Positions 61,840-64,000 of a stretch of 64,000 nucleotides of DNA are shown here, piece by piece; the stretch's first letter is position 1; the number at the start of each line of letters is the position of its first letter. A program made the translations under genes and the position numbers. A model generated the notes under the pieces. It had not been told where the DNA came from and made no database searches. It saw nothing but the letters and a program-made list of their open reading frames with translations. The DNA lies in the IMG/VR virus record IMGVR_UViG_3300045988_086533, positions 5,140 to 69,139 of that record, one strand, 5' to 3'. The stretch comes from a virus.

Positions 61840-61851
61840 AGTAAGACTTTT
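61821..61851 (+). terminator. terminator after the second sigma gene
   Basis: GTCTTACTATA / TATAGTAAGAC stem followed by TTTT. Encloses the TATACT box. Confidence 0.5.
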
Positions 61852-61875
61852 TAATAGAATAAAGGAGGTAGTTGT

Positions 61876-64000
61876 ATGAAATTAAAGGATTGGAAATTAA
61901 GTGAATTAGGAGAAGATATTTGGAAGAAAAAATATCAACGTAATGATGAAAGTTTTGACCAATGGCTAGATAGAGTATCAGGTGGAGATAAACAAGTGGC
62001 ACAACTAATAGTAGATAAGAAGTTCTTATTTGGTGGCAGAATACTTAGTAATAGAGGTATTACAGATAGAGGAGTAACTTATAGTAACTGTTATGTAGTA
62101 GCACCCCCAGAAGATAGTATTGAAGGTATATATACTGCTGCTATGAAATTAGCCCGCACATTTAGCTATGGCGGAGGCTGCGGGGTAGATATTAGTGCAT
62201 TAAGACCAAAAGGAGCAGCGGTACACAATGCAGCCCTTACAACTAGTGGCGCAGTATCCTTTATGGATGTTTTAGAACAAACTGCAAGAGTTATTGGTCA
62301 GAATGGCCGCCGTGGAGCATTAATGATTAGTATAGATAGTAGTCACCCTGACGTACATGATTTTATCGATGCTAAACTAGATAATAAGTTGGAGAAATGT
62401 AATATATCAGTACGTATGAGTGATGAGGACATGGCAAATAGATGTGATATATTAGACCACATTGCTAAAAATAATTATGACTGGGCTGAACCGGGAATGT
62501 TATATTGGGATACCATAAAAAGTTATAACTTATTAAATAACTTTGACAACTTTGAATATGCAGGAGTTAATCCCTGCGCTGAGGAACCACTTCCCGCAGG
62601 TGGTAGTTGTTTATTAGGAGCATTAAATTTATCTGAATTCGTAGAGAATCCATTTACTCCACAAGCAGCATTTAATATACCAGAGTTTAAAAGTGCAGTA
62701 AGAATAGCTATTAGAGCATTAAACAATGTATTAGATGAAGGATTAGAATTACACCCGTTAAAAGAGCAAAGAAATAGTGTACGTGATTGGCGACAAATAG
62801 GACTTGGTATAATGGGATTTGCTGATATGTTATTAAAAATGAGTTGTCAATATGACTCAGCACGTGCTTTGGATATAATCCATACAGTTGGTAGTACATT
62901 AGTTAATACAGGATTAAAAGAGAGTGCTATATTAGCTAAAGAGACACAGAGTTTTCCACAATGTGATTCAAAATTATTGTTATCAAGTGATTTTATATCT
63001 GTATTAAGAAACCATAATGTTATTGAAGGTAATACTATTGGATTGATAAAACAATATGGACTTAGAAATAGCCAATTATTCACTATAGCACCGACTGGAA
63101 GTATAAGTACTATGCTCGGTGTAAGTGGAGGTGTAGAGCCAATATTTGCTACACACTATACAAGAAAAACTGAATCACTTCACGGAGAAGATGTATATTA
63201 CAAGGTATATACTCCAATAATACAAAAGATGATTGATATGGACTTAATAGACGAAGGAAAAGTGGATAATATAGCCACTGCTCAAAATATAGATCCATTC
63301 GATAGAGTTACAATCCAAGCTAAATGGCAAAGATATATTGATGCTAGTATAAGTAGTACAGTCAATGTAACTAATGATACTAGTGTTGAAACTATAAGAG
63401 ATTTATATCAAGCCGCATGGGAAGAAGGATGCAAAGGGTTAACAATTTATAGAGCGGGATGTAAAAAAGAAGGTGTATTAGTGGTAGATAAACCAAAAGA
63501 ACAACCAGTGAAAGACCCTATACACATACCATTAAGTGATACTTCAATTGATAACTGTGTAGCATATGGCACTCAATTAACTACAGGATGTGGTAGTTTA
63601 TGGATGTCAGTATATTTCCATAAGCAAACTGGTCAATTATGTCATATATTCTTAGACAAAGGTAGTACAGGTGGATGTAATAGTTTTATGGTAGGATTAT
63701 CAAGATTAATATCATTAGCAGGGAAAAAAGGTGCTACAGTTCAAGAGATAGTTGACCAACTAAAAAGTGTACCCGCTTGTCCATCTTATACTGTTAGAAC
63801 TTATGCTAAAAAAGATACAAGTGTTGGTAACTGTTGTCCGAGTGCTATAGGTAAAGCACTATTAGAATTAAACGAAAGATTTAATACAGATCATGCTGAA
63901 ATGAAACTTGAAAAATTAGAAGAACCGGAAACAAAGGTTAGTACTTGTCCTGAATGTGGAGGCAAATTAAACTTTACAGGAGGATGTAATAGCTGTCCTG
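61876..64000 (+). CDS. nrdJ: class II (adenosylcobalamin-dependent) ribonucleotide reductase (3' end lies outside window)
   Basis: My own translation from the ATG at 61876 after AAAGGAGG: ..SNCYV.., GGGCGVDISALRPKG, NPCAEEPLPAGGSCLLGALNL, C-terminal CPECGG..CNSCP. There is no stop before the window end, so the ORF is absent from the track. Confidence 0.8.
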   Translation, partial: MKLKDWKLSELGEDIWKKKYQRNDESFDQWLDRVSGGDKQVAQLIVDKKFLFGGRILSNRGITDRGVTYSNCYVVAPPEDSIEGIYTAAMKLARTFSYGGGCGVDISALRPKGAAVHNAALTTSGAVSFMDVLEQTARVIGQNGRRGALMISIDSSHPDVHDFIDAKLDNKLEKCNISVRMSDEDMANRCDILDHIAKNNYDWAEPGMLYWDTIKSYNLLNNFDNFEYAGVNPCAEEPLPAGGSCLLGALNLSEFVENPFTPQAAFNIPEFKSAVRIAIRALNNVLDEGLELHPLKEQRNSVRDWRQIGLGIMGFADMLLKMSCQYDSARALDIIHTVGSTLVNTGLKESAILAKETQSFPQCDSKLLLSSDFISVLRNHNVIEGNTIGLIKQYGLRNSQLFTIAPTGSISTMLGVSGGVEPIFATHYTRKTESLHGEDVYYKVYTPIIQKMIDMDLIDEGKVDNIATAQNIDPFDRVTIQAKWQRYIDASISSTVNVTNDTSVETIRDLYQAAWEEGCKGLTIYRAGCKKEGVLVVDKPKEQPVKDPIHIPLSDTSIDNCVAYGTQLTTGCGSLWMSVYFHKQTGQLCHIFLDKGSTGGCNSFMVGLSRLISLAGKKGATVQEIVDQLKSVPACPSYTVRTYAKKDTSVGNCCPSAIGKALLELNERFNTDHAEMKLEKLEEPETKVSTCPECGGKLNFTGGCNSCP

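Noticed and set aside
1-64000. Searched by eye for integrase, transposase, CRISPR repeats, tRNA/rRNA genes and canonical defence or anti-defence operons.
   Set aside because: None was recognised. Absence is stated with the caveat that no profile search could be run.

Overview
The window is a contiguous piece of a large, low-GC tailed dsDNA phage or prophage genome. The host looks Firmicute-like, judging by AGGAGG-type Shine-Dalgarno (SD) sites and XhlA/XkdX/SPP1-type modules. All roughly 80 credible genes are on the + strand, and every long minus-strand ORF in the track is antisense to a better + strand gene.

Layout:
- 1-11.4 kb: replication, recombination and nucleotide metabolism. This block holds a 5'-truncated beta sliding clamp, Cas4-like nuclease, RecU-like resolvase, dUTPase, RecA-like recombinase, a sigma-like factor, clamp loader gamma/tau + delta' + delta, and ThyX.
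- 11.5-14 kb: small accessory genes, including a lipoprotein.
- 14.2-31 kb: packaging, head and siphovirus-type tail (TerS, TerL, portal, MuF-like, scaffold, major capsid, major tail, chaperones, tape measure, Dit).
- 31-50 kb: Tal multi-lysin, collagen-like fibre, GH16 protein, XhlA, holin, a 1731-aa BppU-like protein, two XkdX and the endolysin.
- 50-64 kb: second replication block. This holds an SNF2 helicase, three paralogous beta-class DNA methyltransferases, an ORF6N-like regulator, a DnaC-like loader, DnaB, primase, a second sigma-like factor and a 3'-truncated class II RNR.

The most unusual signals are non-coding or at gene ends:
1. Sixteen copies of a rigid motif, NTTAGYAAA-N14-TATACTATATAT, which I read as a phage-specific promoter class.
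2. Three copies of a cassette: promoter, short ORF-less RNA with a C-rich box, terminator, second promoter.
3. A Q-K-K/R-L-F tail at the extreme C-terminus of all three methyltransferases and of one unrelated DNA-binding protein, in a phage that encodes its own beta clamp and loader.
4. A perfect sigma-A consensus promoter driving a ~60-nt terminated RNA between the portal and MuF genes.
5. A MuF-like head protein with an appended HExxH domain.

No tRNA, rRNA, CRISPR array, integrase or transposase was recognised. All functional calls are motif-level readings by eye; no database search was possible.
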